From positions 10,066,184 through 10,130,183 of the forward strand of contig MU058844.1 of NCBI GenBank assembly GCA_013265495.1: a stretch of DNA of 64,000 nt. The letters are read 5' to 3'. The notes below the pieces were generated by a model. The model searched no databases. It was not told where the DNA came from and worked only from the letters and a program-made list of their open reading frames with translations. Of this stretch, positions 12,980 through 27,335 are shown one piece after another. This DNA comes from Vicugna vicugna. Taxonomy: Eukaryota. Every line of letters starts with the position of its first letter. Position 1 is the stretch's first letter. A program made the translations under genes and the position numbers.

Positions 12980-13860
12980 TAGTCCAGCTAACAGATACTT
13001 AATTAACATTATCACATGCCAGGAAATATTCCTGGTGTTGGGAGTTTGACAGCAAAGAAAACAGATAAAGATCTCTGCCCTGTGACGCTTACATTCTAGT
13101 GGAATGCAAGGAGAGACAGGAAAATAAGAAATTAACACAGTTAAACAAAATACATAGTATTTCAGAGGTTGATAAATGCTATTTAAAAAATAAAACAAGA
13201 GAAAAACTACAGGGAATGATGAATTATCTGGAAGGGCTGGAGTAGGGTGAAGACAGCAATTGTAAACAGGATGAACAGAAAAAGCCTCCCTGGTAGGGGA
13301 CATTTGCACTATAGCTTTGTTTGTGGCTGTCTGGAGCATATATGTTCCAGTTAGAGGGAAGAGCAAGTCCAAAAGCCCGAGGCACTCCCGGAATGTTTGA
13401 AAACCAGCAAAGAACTAGGAACTAAGTAGTAGAAGAGGTCAAAAATATATCATGAGGTATACCTCGTGAAGTCAAGAAGGTACCATATTACTCTCTATGT
13501 GGAGACAAGGAGACCTGGTAGGAGGCAATTATACTAATCCAGGTAAAGAGGGATACTGGCTATGACCAGGATAATGGTGGTGGAGGTGACCTGACTCAGT
13601 TAAATACATTTTAACCCTAAAGTTAAAGGAATTTACCAAATGATTTGAAATAGAATGTGAAAGGAAGAGAAAAGAAGGATGGTGTTAAGATTTTTAGACT
13701 AAATATCTAGGATACAACTGCCATCAACGGAGATTGGAAAGACTTCAAAAAGTGCATGCTTTGGGGAAAAGCAGGAGCTTATTTTCAGGCAGGTTTAATT
13801 TGGAATTCAAGGGAGAAGTCCAGGGTAAAGAAACAAATTCAAGCCTCAACAACATATAAC
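12980..13860 (-). mobile_element. L2 LINE remnant (one of many)
   Basis: Purine-rich L2-like text (gcttacattctagtgg, aatccaggtaaagag, tggtggtggaggtga). Confidence 0.65.
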
Positions 13861-14049
13861 ACAGAGAATGCTTAAAGCCACAAAGTTTTTATGAGATTGC
13901 ATGAGAGGAAGAACAGCAAGAAAGTAGATAAAATAATTCAGAACAATTCTTTTGCTAAAGAAGAGATGCTATCTAATTATAAAAACACCCACATCTTCAG
14001 GAAAGCATCAAAGATTCAGACTTCAAATCATTTGAGTAGTCCAGAAAAT

Positions 14050-14985
14050 CTCAAAACTGACATTGAATTAAGGTAAAACTGGATTGCTAGTGCCCCCAAG
14101 AACTTGGTAAAAACCGTCAAAGTCTTTATTGAGGAATATAATATATATGTAGGCCTCAAAGTATTTCTATACTCAATTCCAAATATAATATCTGGTACAC
14201 AATCAAAGATAAATAAAGCGCACAAGGAGACAGTGGCAGTAAGAGCAGACAATAGAGAGATCTACACGGGCTCCAGATATTGGAATTTCCATAATTAGAC
14301 TCTAAGACAACCATGCGTAATTTGTTCATGAAAAACAGACAACTGAAAACTATAAAAAGAAATTATAGCAAACTTGAAATGAGCTAAAAATTTAATTACC
14401 AAGATTAAGAAATCATGGAAGGATTTAAAAGCAAATTGTATCAGGGACCTGGAAAAGGTCAGAAAAAAAAATTCAGAAAAGAAAAAGCAAGGCATGTGGT
14501 GAGAAGGCAAGAGCACACTATGAAGTCTAACATAATTGGATTTACAAAAACAAAGGTACAGAAGCAGTATTTGAAGAGACGATAACCCATAATTTCCCAA
14601 AACTAATGAAATAAATCAATCCATAGATTCATGATGACCAGCAAGTTCCAAAGCAGAATAAACAAAAAACACAGAGCAATTTTAATTGACTAAAGAACTT
14701 CAATATTTAGGAGTTGGAGACATTGACAGATGAATGGAGAAAGGAGACAAGGTTATTATATACGTATAATGGAACATTCTTTCTTGAGAAAGAAGGAAAT
14801 CCTGCCGTTTTGACAACGTGGATGGACCTCGAGGGCATTATGTTTAATGAGATAAGCTAGACAGAGAAAAAGAAGAGTTGTATGACACAACTTAATGTGG
14901 AATCTAAAAAAAGCCAAACTTGTAGAAACAGGGAATAGAATGGTGGTTACCAGGGGCTAAGGCATGGGAGAATTGGGAGATGCTA
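14050..14985 (+). mobile_element. Old L1 fragments (ORF1 region and 3' end)
   Basis: aatttcccaaaactaatgaa; tggatggacctcgagggcattatg; gtggttaccagggg. Confidence 0.7.
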
Positions 14986-17962
14986 AAGTCCATAGGAAAA
15001 TGAGAGCTCATCAGCTGGGAGAAAGATAACAGGTCTCTAAAGAAAGAGGCATTTGAGATGGACATCAAAGGAGGAATAGAATTTCAGTAGAGGTAGACTA
15101 TTTATCTGGGCTTTATTTGAAGACCAATAAGAAACCATTGAATGTTTCAGAACAGGAAGATCTATCTGGTGTGATGCATAAATGAGTTTAGAGGAAAAGA
15201 AACTAAAGGTAGGTGGTCTCTCAGTGATCTATAGCAATAGGCCAGGTGAATAGTGAAAGAAAGAAGATGGTAGTGTTGAGAATGGAAGGGAAAGAAAGCC
15301 AGGAACTAATTTTATGTCAGCTATTGCGGCAATAATGCTGTTTAACAAATAGTGCTGGAATTCCGTGGTTCTAAAAAGCGGTATTGTTTCTTGATCACAC
15401 GTTTGTGCATTGTCTAGAGGTTGACTGATTTAATCTGGGTTTGACTGGGTTTAGGTACAAGCTGTAAGCGGAAGCCTGGGCTACTCCATATGCCTCTCAT
15501 CTCCCTTGGACTAGTGGGATATGAAGAAAAACAGAAATGAAAAACATTTTACCCTGGGTAACAAAAAATAAAGAAAAAAAATTATAAACCAGTTAAAAAG
15601 TTGACTGAATGTTTAGGCTATGATGAGACCAAGGACAGGTGATCACAGATTCTGTGAAGCTACATTAATTTTCAAACAAATTCCATGTGTAAGCATCTCC
15701 AGTAGGTATCTCAAAATGAGAAATTTTAAAACTCAGGAGACATAAAATGATATTTCATTGATTTAGAAGACATTCTTTCATTCATATATTCAATAAACAC
15801 TGCTTAAACACCTACTATATATCAGGTACTAGTATAGGTAATTACACCAAAACAAGTAAAATAATGAGCCTTTTTTGAAAAGTTCATAGTCCAAAAGAAA
15901 AGGTATACATGTAAGTAAATATTATAACATGACAATATAGATTCTTTTTAAATGTTGCAGTGACACAGAACATCGAATACTTGATTTTGACTTGGGTGGA
16001 GGGATGTGAGAAATAGAATTCTTAAAAGAGTGCTTTGTATGGTTGAAGCACGTGTGAAGAGCTGAGGTTGGGTTGAAGAGAAAAGACATTCCTAAAAAAA
16101 GAATCATCAGGAGCAAAGTGAAAAAAAGGGAAGAGATTATATGTTCCAAAATCAATAGCACAGGAAGGGGAGTGAAGGTGGGGAACTGGTGATAAAGTTG
16201 GTGAGGTAAGAAAGAGCAGCTTGTAGAGGTCAGGGCAGTCTCTGCTGATGTTTAATCTTTATCTCAGAAATAAGGAGCAACCACTAATGGGCTTTAAGTA
16301 TGAAGGAGGAGGAGTAATGTCTATGTCATGGCCAAGTTGGAGCTTATCCAAAGACTCTGCCTTGATTCTCTTTTCTCACTCACCCTCACTATCATCCAAT
16401 CAACACCATATCCTAAAGATTTTAATTCCTATGGGTTTCTTATGTCCATATCTTTCTTTCCATCTCTATAGCTACCAATCTAGTTCAGATTTTCTTTGTA
16501 CTCTTTTTGTAAACAGCCCTACAGTTGCTGCATTAGTTATCTATTGTCACAGAATAAATTATGTCAAAAATTAGAAGTTAAAATAATAATAAATGGAGTT
16601 TCTTTGTTTCTGGAACCATCAAGCTATTTCTTTCTTTTTTTTGTTGTTGCCTTTATGTAAAATTACCCCTGGGTTCAGAACATACAGGCCCACTCTGACC
16701 TTTATCTTCCTCCCTAATTATCTCTTACTCATCTTTCAAGACTCCTTTCAGGAATTATTTTACCCAGTAAGTCTTTTCTAAATTGTTCCTCCAACTCACT
16801 GCCCAAGACTCATACTTTCCCTTAGTACTTCCTTAATACTGTGCCTATATTTTCATCATTTTACACATTACAGTCTGTAATAATTGTCCAATTACACATC
16901 TGCCTCCTCTGCCAAATGGCAAACATTTTGAGGTTTTTAAACTGTGTCGTATTCACAGCACAAAAGTGTTTGAAAAAAATAGAAGACACTCAATAAATTT
17001 CTGCTGAATAAATCATTGACTAGATTTGCATGTTGGGAAGATTACGTGGATAGTGATAAAAATATGTGTGCACTCAAGGCGGGAGAAAATGAAGCCAGCA
17101 TGGAGTTCATTTAGATACTAGGCTGAAAGATGAGTAAGTCAGCGATGATATAGTGGTAAGGATTGGTTTAAGGGATGCTTATGAAGTTGAGTCAACAGAA
17201 CTAGGTGACACATTGTGGAGGGGTCAGGAATGAAAGTCTCAGTAGAAAGATGATGACTGAACCCCGGGAGTAGGAAAAACTACCATGAATAAAATAGATT
17301 AGCCAAAAAAAAAAATCTGAAGGAGTGAGTACAGTTCCTGGGACAGAGTCAATGTCATCAAATGTTTGTTGGCTTTTCTTTTCTATTTTAATAATCAAAG
17401 TGGAGCTGGGGGCTGGGGAAGGAGGGAGGGACGATGGAGTAGGAGACGAAGCGGGAGGAGGTAGAGGAGGAGGGGAAGGAAGAGGTCAAGGTGAATGACA
17501 GAGGAAAGAAAATCTTTTTTATCAAGAAAATTTGAAATACAGAAGCAAGATCCAAGTGATAAACATGAGCGTTGTTTCCCTTAAAGCTACAAGAAATGTA
17601 GTAACTGAAACCTAATCTAGGCAATTTAAATGAGTTTAGTTACTTGTATCTTAAACGCAAAGATCAGAATAAATGAACTGAATTAAAGTCAAGTAAACCG
17701 CACTTTTACTATAAATGTAACAGAAGAGATGCATAAAGAGAGAGGAAGTTATTTATTTTGCCCTTTCTGACTCATTTCCCTGTTGAAAATGGGAGAAAAG
17801 CTGCATAAATCCTAACATTATCTTCAAAACCACCTCTGTGAAGTTCAATCAGCTCGATCTGCAGGTGAGAGGAGCAGGGCAGGAAACGTCATTCGTTTGG
17901 AATAGACACCTGACCTCTCGCCTACGCAATCCAGCTCCAAGCTTTAGATCAAATTGGCCTAC

Positions 17963-18029
17963 CTCAGTATCTTCATCCAAGACAACTAGTGATGTGTTTT
18001 CTCTGCATTTTCACTAGTCTGGCATTTGT
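17963..18029 (-). pseudogene. Dynein-like exon (67 nt, phase 2->0, two stops)
   Basis: aactag|ACA...GAG|gtaggc. QMPD**KCRENTSLVV vs DNAH6 RLSEFRNEAKYVV. Phases fit both neighbours. Confidence 0.55.
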
Positions 18030-20377
18030 CTAGTTTTAAAGGAAATATATCATCAGAACAGATGTATTCCCCACCGGCTTGAATCTAGCCATTTCCAAGC
18101 ACAAACCACGATGGGATGACTTGTTTAAAAAGTGTTTCAGGGAAAAATCTATCAATAGCTTGGTAACAGTTGGAGTGAGGAAAAACTGAACACAAAGAGA
18201 CCAGTTAAGAAGAACAAGCATGACAGAGAACTTGGACAAGGGTGATAACAGTGAGATTTGGAAAGGAAAAAGGAGACAGAACATCACAAAAGGAAAATAG
18301 ATAAGACTTAGTAGAAAAAGAATGGAGATGAGTACAAAATAACTTTATGGTTTTAAGCCACGGCCAGAATAGAGAAATTGAGAGTATCTGCTGGTTTTGA
18401 GAATCAGTTTTATATAGTGTCACAGAAGTGAAGAGAACAAAGGAAGAGTTTAATGTAGTGAGGGCAATTGACAAGGCAAACGTTACAGGAAAGTCCAAAA
18501 AATAAGTCAGTTTTTAAAAGTCTTTACATTTGTTTCCTAAAACATTACTGGTGATTATGAAGAACAGTTCAGGAGAGTGGTGGGGCTGAATTCAGATCAC
18601 AAGGAAACAAAGAATGAATAGGAAAGAAATAGAGGTGACAGACATAAAATATTTTAAGGAAGTTTGGAAGTAAAAGAAAAGCAAAAAATGAGACAATGAT
18701 TCAAGATATTAAAGCCGAGGAAGGGCCATAGCACCCTCATAATAAAACTATAAGGAAACTATAAAATAGTCTTTTCTACTAGTATAATGATTCAAAATTT
18801 TTCACCTTAAAAGAATGTATTCTAAAAGCAACTGGCGTAATTCCTTGCTGTTAACACCTGTTGGCCTGGCAGGTTCACATAATGGTTGATTATATAGAGG
18901 CTGTTCCAGAAATACAGAAAAAATATACTTAAAACACAAAAAGACAGAGGTACTGACAAGTCTTATTCACACTTTTCCACTCTCTAAATGAGCTTGGTTT
19001 TGTTTGATGTGAAAGCAAGACACAGAGAAAAGGGTTTTTAATTCAAAGCTTACGCTCTCTTCCAAGAGCATGTCTAAAACTAACTGCTTTATAAAATCCA
19101 GAGTGCAAGCAAGGACTTGAGTTGCAGGGGAACTACATGGCTTTCTGCGTTTGGAAACTTGGTCTTTCCAAGCAGTGGAAATGAAAACAAAGCATGTATG
19201 AAAAATGACTGTCCTGCTCTTATTTGAGTGTTTGCATACTGTTTCCCATAAAGGAGCAGAAACCCAGTGTCAGACTTGTGCATACTCAGAAAGGGAAAAG
19301 ATAGCATCTCGGGAATGAGACTGGAGAGATGTGACTCATCTCTTTTGCTCCTTGCCAAGCTTACCTTGACATTTATTTCTATAAACATAGTCAGCAAAGA
19401 CTATGCAAAGAAATTATCTTCTGAATCTACATCTGGGTTTTTTCTCCACTGCCACCTCTTGGCCAGCTAGGAGAGTTTTCCCCTCTCTGTTAAATAATAA
19501 TGTTAATAATTAGCAAGGCAATGTACATCGTATTGTCCCTTACTTCTAGCTTCCTCCGTGCATGCTAGTCTCATTTTAGCTTTGCCATAGCCCTGTGAAA
19601 CGAACAAAGACATTCATTTTTGCCTTCTGTTGATTATCAAGGTATATCTTGATGTCCATGCAGAGGAAACAGAGGTACGTAAAACTATTTTGGTGTTGGG
19701 TAACAGTGCATTTTTTCCCTCTTTTTGTTGGGGGAATGTTATCTTAGAACTAAGTTCATAAGGTAGAAGTATGTATGTATATCAGTCAAATGTGATCTCT
19801 AATACCTTTTTTTTTTCTTTTTAGTTACCTACACAATTCAAAAGGATGGTTTTGACAACTGTCTGTTTGTTTGCATCAACCTAAAATGATTTAAATAAGC
19901 TCATTTGAGTCTCAGATGGATTTGGGGCTTGAGTTATTTATATTAGCTGTATGATGATTTTGCAGTTCTGTCTTCCTCATGTTTACAAAATTATGTTCTG
20001 AAACTAAGTACAAATTATAAGCACATGTCATTGCATAGACTCTGTATTTTTTGCAGTCTTACTTCTCAGCAACTCAGGCACACCTCCAATTACTGGAACT
20101 CAATATAAATTGTTTCTGCTTAAGACTACTGAGGGATAAAAGGATCGGTCACTAGTCCCACATAAACCCGCAGGGAATTTCCCACTATGGATATATAATG
20201 GCCTATCATCCTTACTATGTCAGCTAAGTTCCCTTTCTCTAGATATTGTATTATAATATTAGACCATCTACATGATGTAATGTAAAGAGTTGTAGTGTCA
20301 ATTATTCTATCTACTTGGTCAGTTTAGGAAACCAAACAAGATCATTCAAGCTGTTGCTATGATTTTTTTTTTCTTAC

Positions 20378-20490
20378 CTAAACTGGTTGAATTGACTCTG
20401 TGTTGTACAGATTCCTCCCTGTAGGGAAGGATGGAAGACTTTGATAAGATGGTTGCCAAGGATGAGGAAGCTGTTGCAGATATTTAACAC
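20378..20490 (-). pseudogene. Dynein-like exon (113 nt, phase 0->2, open)
   Basis: ctgcag|GTG...TTAG|gtaaga. VLNICNSFLILGNHLIKVFHPSLQGGICTTQ vs DNAH6 INELCYHLSFMGLCYIEKCHTYTLQEF and DNAH14 SLDEFCEEQ. Confidence 0.65.
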
Positions 20491-23012
20491 CTGCAGTATG
20501 TTAAGAGTCAAGAGTTTCTCTTCTGAAATATCTGATGAAGGAGGTTAAGGAGCAACAGTCTGATTTAAAAGTGGGTCTAGGAGTCTCATAGCAAAGCTGC
20601 ATGCACATAGAAATTATTCTGGCTTTGTTTAGATGAAGTGTCTAGTTGAGGTGGCTTTAGAAGTTGTCATGAGTTGTTCCCACTGCATACACCCACTCAC
20701 CCCTTTCATCCCTGTCAACTAGTCATAGGAAATTCCCTTTCGTTAACCTCAAATAACCCTCTGTGCTACCACTATCTAAGGACCTCGGAGTCCAAGGACA
20801 AATTTGTGAATTTGTTATTTTGGAAAATGCATTCATTCATTTTTTAAGTGTTTTTATTTATCTGTGACTGCCTGGTACTGTCCTGGTAAGCAAAATAGAC
20901 AATCTATGTCATTCCAGGTATACTACTAGCAGCAAACTGCAGGGTGAACTGAAGCCAAGCGAGCCTGGTGGAAAAGGGACCAGTTAAGAAGCTGCTGCAT
21001 TTATCCTGTGGAGAATGATGAAGAAAAGAGAACAGATTCAAGAGATGGTTGGGGGACAGTCCTGCGTTCTTCACAGAACCTAGAACCATATTTCATTTGC
21101 CTTAGGCAGATGCACCCCCGATGCACTGCAATCTTAATTCTAAAATCTTAGACTCTGCGGCTGTCAGCTGGGTCAAAAGGTCAGTCCCTCGATGCTGTTT
21201 CCTCTTTTCTTCCCACTGTCTCTTCTGGAGTATAAACAATCAGGCTCCTCACGTTCCCATCAGATAGGAAATTGTGATTCCAGGGAAATGGGCCAAAATT
21301 AGCCAGCTTCCTCCTTATAAGCAGGCCTCTTCTCAATAAATAACATTCTATTTACTTTGAAACCAGAAACCTTGTTTAATATCCAATATCAATATCAAAA
21401 GGCAGTCTTGTTCCTTAAGATGACCAAAAAAAAAAAAAAAACCAGATCTAAGATGAAACACTTCTTAAGACTAGTGTTTTAGGACCTCTCTCAGAATCTG
21501 CCTGATGAAAATGACTTCTCCAGGTTACTATTTTTAGCCATCATCTTTTTCCTACCAAAATACGTCCTCACTAGTACAAAATGTCAGCTTATATGCAATA
21601 ACTGTCACTTCTCCCCAATTTTGTTATTAGTAAAAATAACTCCACCCAAATAAAGCAAATGATATCTGAGTGTTTGAAACTGTGTCAATTGAACAATAAT
21701 TCATATTACTTTAAAGGGCTGTGGTAGAGGTTCACCGGTTGAGCTCTGTATTTATTATATTTTGTAAAAGTAACTGAACTTAGGGTTTGTTTATAGTTAA
21801 ACATTTTTGGCACATGAGTTTCAATGTCCTCTTCACCTTCCTAAGCCACCAGGGGAAGGAAGAAGACATTTTTTCTGATCCTTTCCCAGTCCTGCCAGAT
21901 TGTACAAAACAGCAGATACAGAGTTTACTGTCTTTGCAAAATTGGTCAGCATCAGTCTATCTCAATTGTGCTTCAGAGCCTGATGGCAGCTGATAAAGAC
22001 CTTCCTACAGACTTATATGATTTAGGAGCTCCACCCAGGAATACCGACCACGGGTATCTTAGTAGCATAATTACCTCCATTTTCTCTCATCTGAACCTTT
22101 CAAGTTTACCTTTTCCCTGCCTTGGACAAACCTCTTAAACTACTCAGGGGTGTTCCAGTGGTACTGATAATACAATAGCCACATGTATCCACACACTCAT
22201 GCACATGCGTACCACCCTCGCCATACACGCACTCGTCCTTAAGGGAAGGTAAAAAATAGCCCAAGAACACCCAGGCAAGAGACTGGCTACTGGCGGTGAT
22301 GAAAACAGCAGGCCTGATAGTACTGACCAGTCTTCCTGAAGGAGGTGACTGTAAAGATGTGCTTTGAAGCGAGGTGGCTATTTTAGAAAACGGCACTGGC
22401 AGAGAAGGCATAGGGCATTTAAGATTGAGGGAAATATAAGCAAGGAATAAAATCAAGGAAGCACAGTATGTCCAAGAAAACCTGTGAAATCCAATTTGGC
22501 TGTGATTGGGTAAATGGATACTGGCAAAACAGAACCAGGTAGATAAGGCAGGTTTAATTACTTTGTGGATTGTTCTATATCCTGCAGAAAGAAGGTTAAA
22601 TTTAATGTGGTACAATCTTGGAGGCAGTTGATGTTATGAAGAAAAAACACCATCAGATGCTTTGGGAGGATTATTCTGGCAAGCAGTTTTCAGAGTGAAC
22701 AAATGAAAGAAGACGTGGGAAGTACAGAAGACATCAGGTGGCTATTTCAGGCAAAATGTGCTCAGCCTGAGTTAAAGCAATGGCACTGGGAATAGAAATT
22801 ACATAACAGATTCAAGAGCCATGGTGGAGTTTAGTTCTACATGACTAGGCTTTTAACTGTCATTGCACAGTAAGAAGAAGCAAGAGTCATGGGTAACTGT
22901 AAGGTCTTAACAACTAAATTAATTGAATAATTCAAATGCCATTAATGAAAAAAGCAAAGTCAGGGAAAGGACTTGTTTTGGAGAAGACATGATGAGTTCT
23001 TTAACGTACATA

Positions 23013-23135
23013 TTTTTTGAGGGGGGGAGGTAATTAGGTTTATTTATTTATTTTTAGAGGAAGCACTGGAGATTGAACCCAGGATCTCATGCATGCTAAG
23101 CATGCGCTCTACCACTTGAGCTATACCCTCCCCCC
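23013..23135 (-). mobile_element. tRNA-derived camelid-type SINE (Vic-1-like)
   Basis: Reverse strand has A box (TAGCTCAAGTGG), B box (GGTTCAATCTCC) and the tail AAATAAATAAACCTAATTACCTCCCC; tacatattttt occurs on both flanks. Confidence 0.85.
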
Positions 23136-24740
23136 TTACATACATATTTTTAAACTCACCCGCAGGTAATTATTATTGCCTCTATTTTACAGATGGTAAT
23201 TAAGATGGTAACTGAGATTCAGAGGTAAAAGTGATTACATCATATACCTCTTGTGTGTCACCCCAGATATGCTTAACCCCATTTGTCTTTGAGGTCCTTG
23301 TCCCATTGGTCTACCTGAGTCTTCACTTTGAAGACCAACTCTATATGGATTCCAATAGTTTTATCCAATAGCCTCTGACTCGTCATGCCAATGGATACAT
23401 CTTTCATCTCTTATTCCAGGGCTTTCCTGTTGCCACTGAGCTATCAGACCCTGCCCCTCTTGCTCAAATCACGCACGCACACAACTGAAGTACAGAGAAG
23501 CTAACACATCATGGAGTAACCCTTTGAGCAATGGATGATGAGAGCTGAGGGATAATTTCTTCTTCCCAAGATGGACCAGCCTAAGATGGAATTTAAGATG
23601 GCTTATTGGAAGGAAGCCCTTCAAGAGCCCTTCAGTTACATTTGCTACTAGATGGTACCATGTCCAGGTCAGAATATCTCTTCATTTGGCTCTCCTTCTC
23701 TGCCTCATTCTTATTTTCACTCACACCAACTTCCCAGTAATCCCTAATAAAGTTTCACATAAGCTTTTACCTCAGGCTTCATTTCCTGGGCAACCTAGTC
23801 TAAGAGAATAGCTAAAGCCTTGACAAAGTTTGATTGGGTGTATATTTTATAAGCATTTTTGGTCATCAAGATGTGGTTGTCATGAGTGGTACTCCAGTTA
23901 TCCTTATAGGCCTGTCGTAGATTTTCACTTCTCTCATCCCTTGAAATTGGGTGTGATCAATCAGGTGTTTTTCTGGCCAGAAATAAAATGAGAATTGAAA
24001 GGATGTGGGTCAACTCAGGCTTTATAAGCTTGAAGAGGTAGTGAATAGTTTTCTGTGTCCCCAGAGAATAATGAAATCTTAGATCCAAATTTGTCTAAAC
24101 ATTCTTTAAAAAAAATCATATGGATCAACAAGGATAGTAAATAAAACTTCCCACAATGCATGTTTACAGCATAAATCAGAGACAAAAAAATAAAATACTA
24201 TGAATTTAAAATTGTATGATAAAGCAAATGAATAAATACATTAATATCTGTGGAACCAGAGTTTTCACTAAGGGAGAAAGAAGTTGCAATTAGGGAGTGG
24301 AAGAAGTTGAGGAAGATCCTATGTTAATTGATTTAAAATAGAGGTATTGATATACTGATTTTTAAATTTAACATATTTCTAGTTCTGACTTCTGACCTAG
24401 AAGCAATAACAGCCTAGTAGCAATGAAAACACTGAGTATTAGCCTTTTGTTCCTAAACACTTTTCCATACTCAGTCTCCTCAAAGAAACCAATGGTTCCA
24501 GATCTGAAGCAGAGAGAGTACAGGTGTGCCTGGAATATTTTAACATGTTATAAGGCAGATAAAGGCTCAAAAACTGACAGAGAAAAGTTGGAGGGCCCAA
24601 GAGCTATCCTAAAGCTTAATTTGGGATAATTTCACTCAGGAAGAATAATGATGATAGCAAAGAATTATTTAAAAAAAATCCATGTTTCCAAAGTGGTACT
24701 AAAGAAAGATGAGTGGGAGAGAACTTCTTTATAGAAAAAT

Positions 24741-25658
24741 GACATACAAATGGCCAATAAGCACATGAAAAAATGCTCAATACCACTAATTATCAGAGAA
24801 ATGCAAATCAGAACTACAGTGAGGTATCACCTCACACCAGTCAGAATGGCCATCATTCAAAACTCCACAAACAATGCTGGAGAGGCTGTGGAGAAAAGGG
24901 AACCCTCCCACACTGCTTGTGGGAATGTAGTTTGGTGCAGCCATTATGGAAAATAGCATGGAGATTCCTCAAAAGACTAAAAATAGACTTACCATATGAT
25001 ACAGCAATCCCACTCCTGGGCATATATCCAGATGGAAACTTCATTCAAAAAGATACATGCACCCCAGTGTTCATAGCAGCATTATTTACAATAGCCAAGA
25101 CATGGAAACAACATAAATGTCTATTGACAGATGACTGGATAAAGAAGCTGTGGTATATTTATACAACGGAATACTACTTGGCTATAAAAAATAACAAAAT
25201 AATGCCATTTGCAGCAACATGGATGGACCTAGAGACTGTCATTCTAAGTGAAGTAAGCCAGAAAGAGAAAGAAAAATACTATATGATATCACTTATATGT
25301 GGAATCTTAAAAAAAGAAAAAGACAAATGAACTTATTTATGAAACAGAAACAGACTCACAGACATAGAAAACAAACTTATGGTTACTGGCAGGGAAAAGG
25401 GGTGGGAAGGGATAAATTGGGAGTTCAAGATTTGCAGACACTAAGTAATATATGTAAAATAGATAAACAACAAGTTCATCCTGTATAGCACAGGGAGCTA
25501 TATTCAATATCTTATAGTAACTTATAGTGAAAAAGAAAATGAAAACAAATATATGTATGTTCATGTATGACTGAAGCATTATGCTGTACACCAGAAATTG
25601 ACACATTATAAACTGACTATACTTCAATAAAAATATATCTATACATTAAAAAAGAAAA
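24741..25658 (+). mobile_element. Young 5'-truncated L1 (ORF2 C-terminus + 3' UTR) nested in an older L1M
   Basis: ORFs 24750..24956 and 24773..25330 are L1 ORF2 ([22 protein letters not shown]); agaaaaat flanks both sides. Confidence 0.95.
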
Positions 25659-27149
25659 GAAAAATATCAGCTAACGAATGTAGAATGAATGCTAGAATTA
25701 GAAAAACATTTTTGTGCAACCACCAACATAATAATTGACTTAAGCAAAAATCATCATTGGATGCTAAAACCATTGGGTGAAAGTCTGCTGAGGGACAGAA
25801 TATTTACATAATCTCATAACATCTCTCATGTAGATTGCTATGGTTTGCAAAGTGAAAAACTCAGTTAACAATGGGAAAACCTAGCAAATGCCACTTCAGC
25901 CAAGTGATCGAATTTCATCTCACCAGTTAGGGGACAAACTGACAACATATGTGCATCCTGGTATGATTCACTGTGCTTAGAATAATTTATGTTAAGAAAA
26001 CTGGATATGACTCCACCCACTTGCCACTACAAAATGAACAATTTATTCAGAATTACTGTAGAATAATAAATCAGAATTACTTTAAAGTTTAAATGATATG
26101 AGATATCTGAAAGGGAAGCAAATCAATATGCCAAAAATCAGATTTTCTAAATCCTGTTCACTGAAAGTTAATCAGCTAAATGACTAAATTTTAAAAGTTC
26201 ATTTGCCTACTTCCCAGTATTAGCAATTTACAAAAGGCATGTTTCTTTTAACTATTTGAATAACATTTGACTAACTTGGAGGAAATTTTTACAGCAGCAA
26301 TAGGGAACTAATACAGCCATTCTACAGTCTTCATTGTACAGTCTACACCCAAGCTGTCCTCTGATCTCAGACACTTGAGCAAGCCCAGCCAACATCAGTG
26401 AGATGTTAAGCCATCCTATCCAACATAAACTGCTGTGAAATTTATAAATAATTAAAGGACACATATTTGGTAAATTAAATCACTTGGTGAATTTGTCAAA
26501 TTGGTAATTCAACAAAATTTTTAGCAAATTCACTGAAGTAAGACAAAATGCTTCAAAAACATTTATTATTTTTCACTATAGTGCTAATATTGTGATACAT
26601 TTTATGCTGAATCCATTAAACGAAGTAGAACGATAGAAACTACAAATAAAAGAGTTTAATGCCCACTATTACACTGCCTTCTGTATAGTGATGATTAAAA
26701 TCAAACATAGTCAAAGCAAAGCAGTTATAAAATATGGAATCATTCAATCCGAAGCATCATACATAAGGAGTACTAGTGAGGCATGGAGTATAGTATTGTG
26801 TGTGTGTGTTCGAGGTGGGAGGAGGTTTGTACACATGAGTGTGTATGTGCATATGTGTCTTTCACAAGCTGGCTGCAAAATCCTCATACTCTGTAGAACA
26901 TGTGCCAGTTGCTTGAAAAATCTGAGTGTGCATCAACTGAAGAAATAGATGGAGAAGCAGAAGAGAGAAGGAATTATTAAAAAATACATGGACAAGAGAA
27001 GAAAGATAAAGGAAAGGAAAATAAAGAAGACAGACACTCAATTCCTGGAAAGAGAAAACAAACACAATGGTGGTCTGCCGCCAATCCATTGGGAAATAAA
27101 CCTAAGCCAGATTCCTAGTTTACGGACATGGGACCCTGACATGGTCTGT

Positions 27150-27335
27150 GAAATCCATGATGATACAATGGCATCATCAAGAGGTGGTTCCCGGTAATGT
27201 AAAGGCCATTCTGTCCCAGAAAGAAGACAGGAAGAAGGGGTGATTTCATGAGAAGATGAAGCTGTCAAGAGCTGAAGAATCTTACTTCATTGGCTCATGT
27301 ATAAATTTTGCCACACGGACAGTGACTGATGATGT
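27150..27335 (-). pseudogene. Dynein-like exon remnant(s)
   Basis: tattcag|ACA acceptor. RHHQSLSVWQN vs DNAH6 RKWKAFSVWRK; LHYREPPLDD vs DNAH14 LYHHLFLADD. Internal structure ambiguous. Confidence 0.45.

Noticed and set aside
17780..17859. Exon after a strong minus-strand acceptor at 17860
   Set aside because: No matching donor or homology found.
22106..22615. 169-aa ORF and similar long track ORFs (2266, 12926, 54894)
   Set aside because: They lie in L2, LTR or antisense L1 sequence; no splice or homology support.
23055..23135. tRNA gene
   Set aside because: It is the SINE head: SINE tail, flanking duplication and poor acceptor stem.
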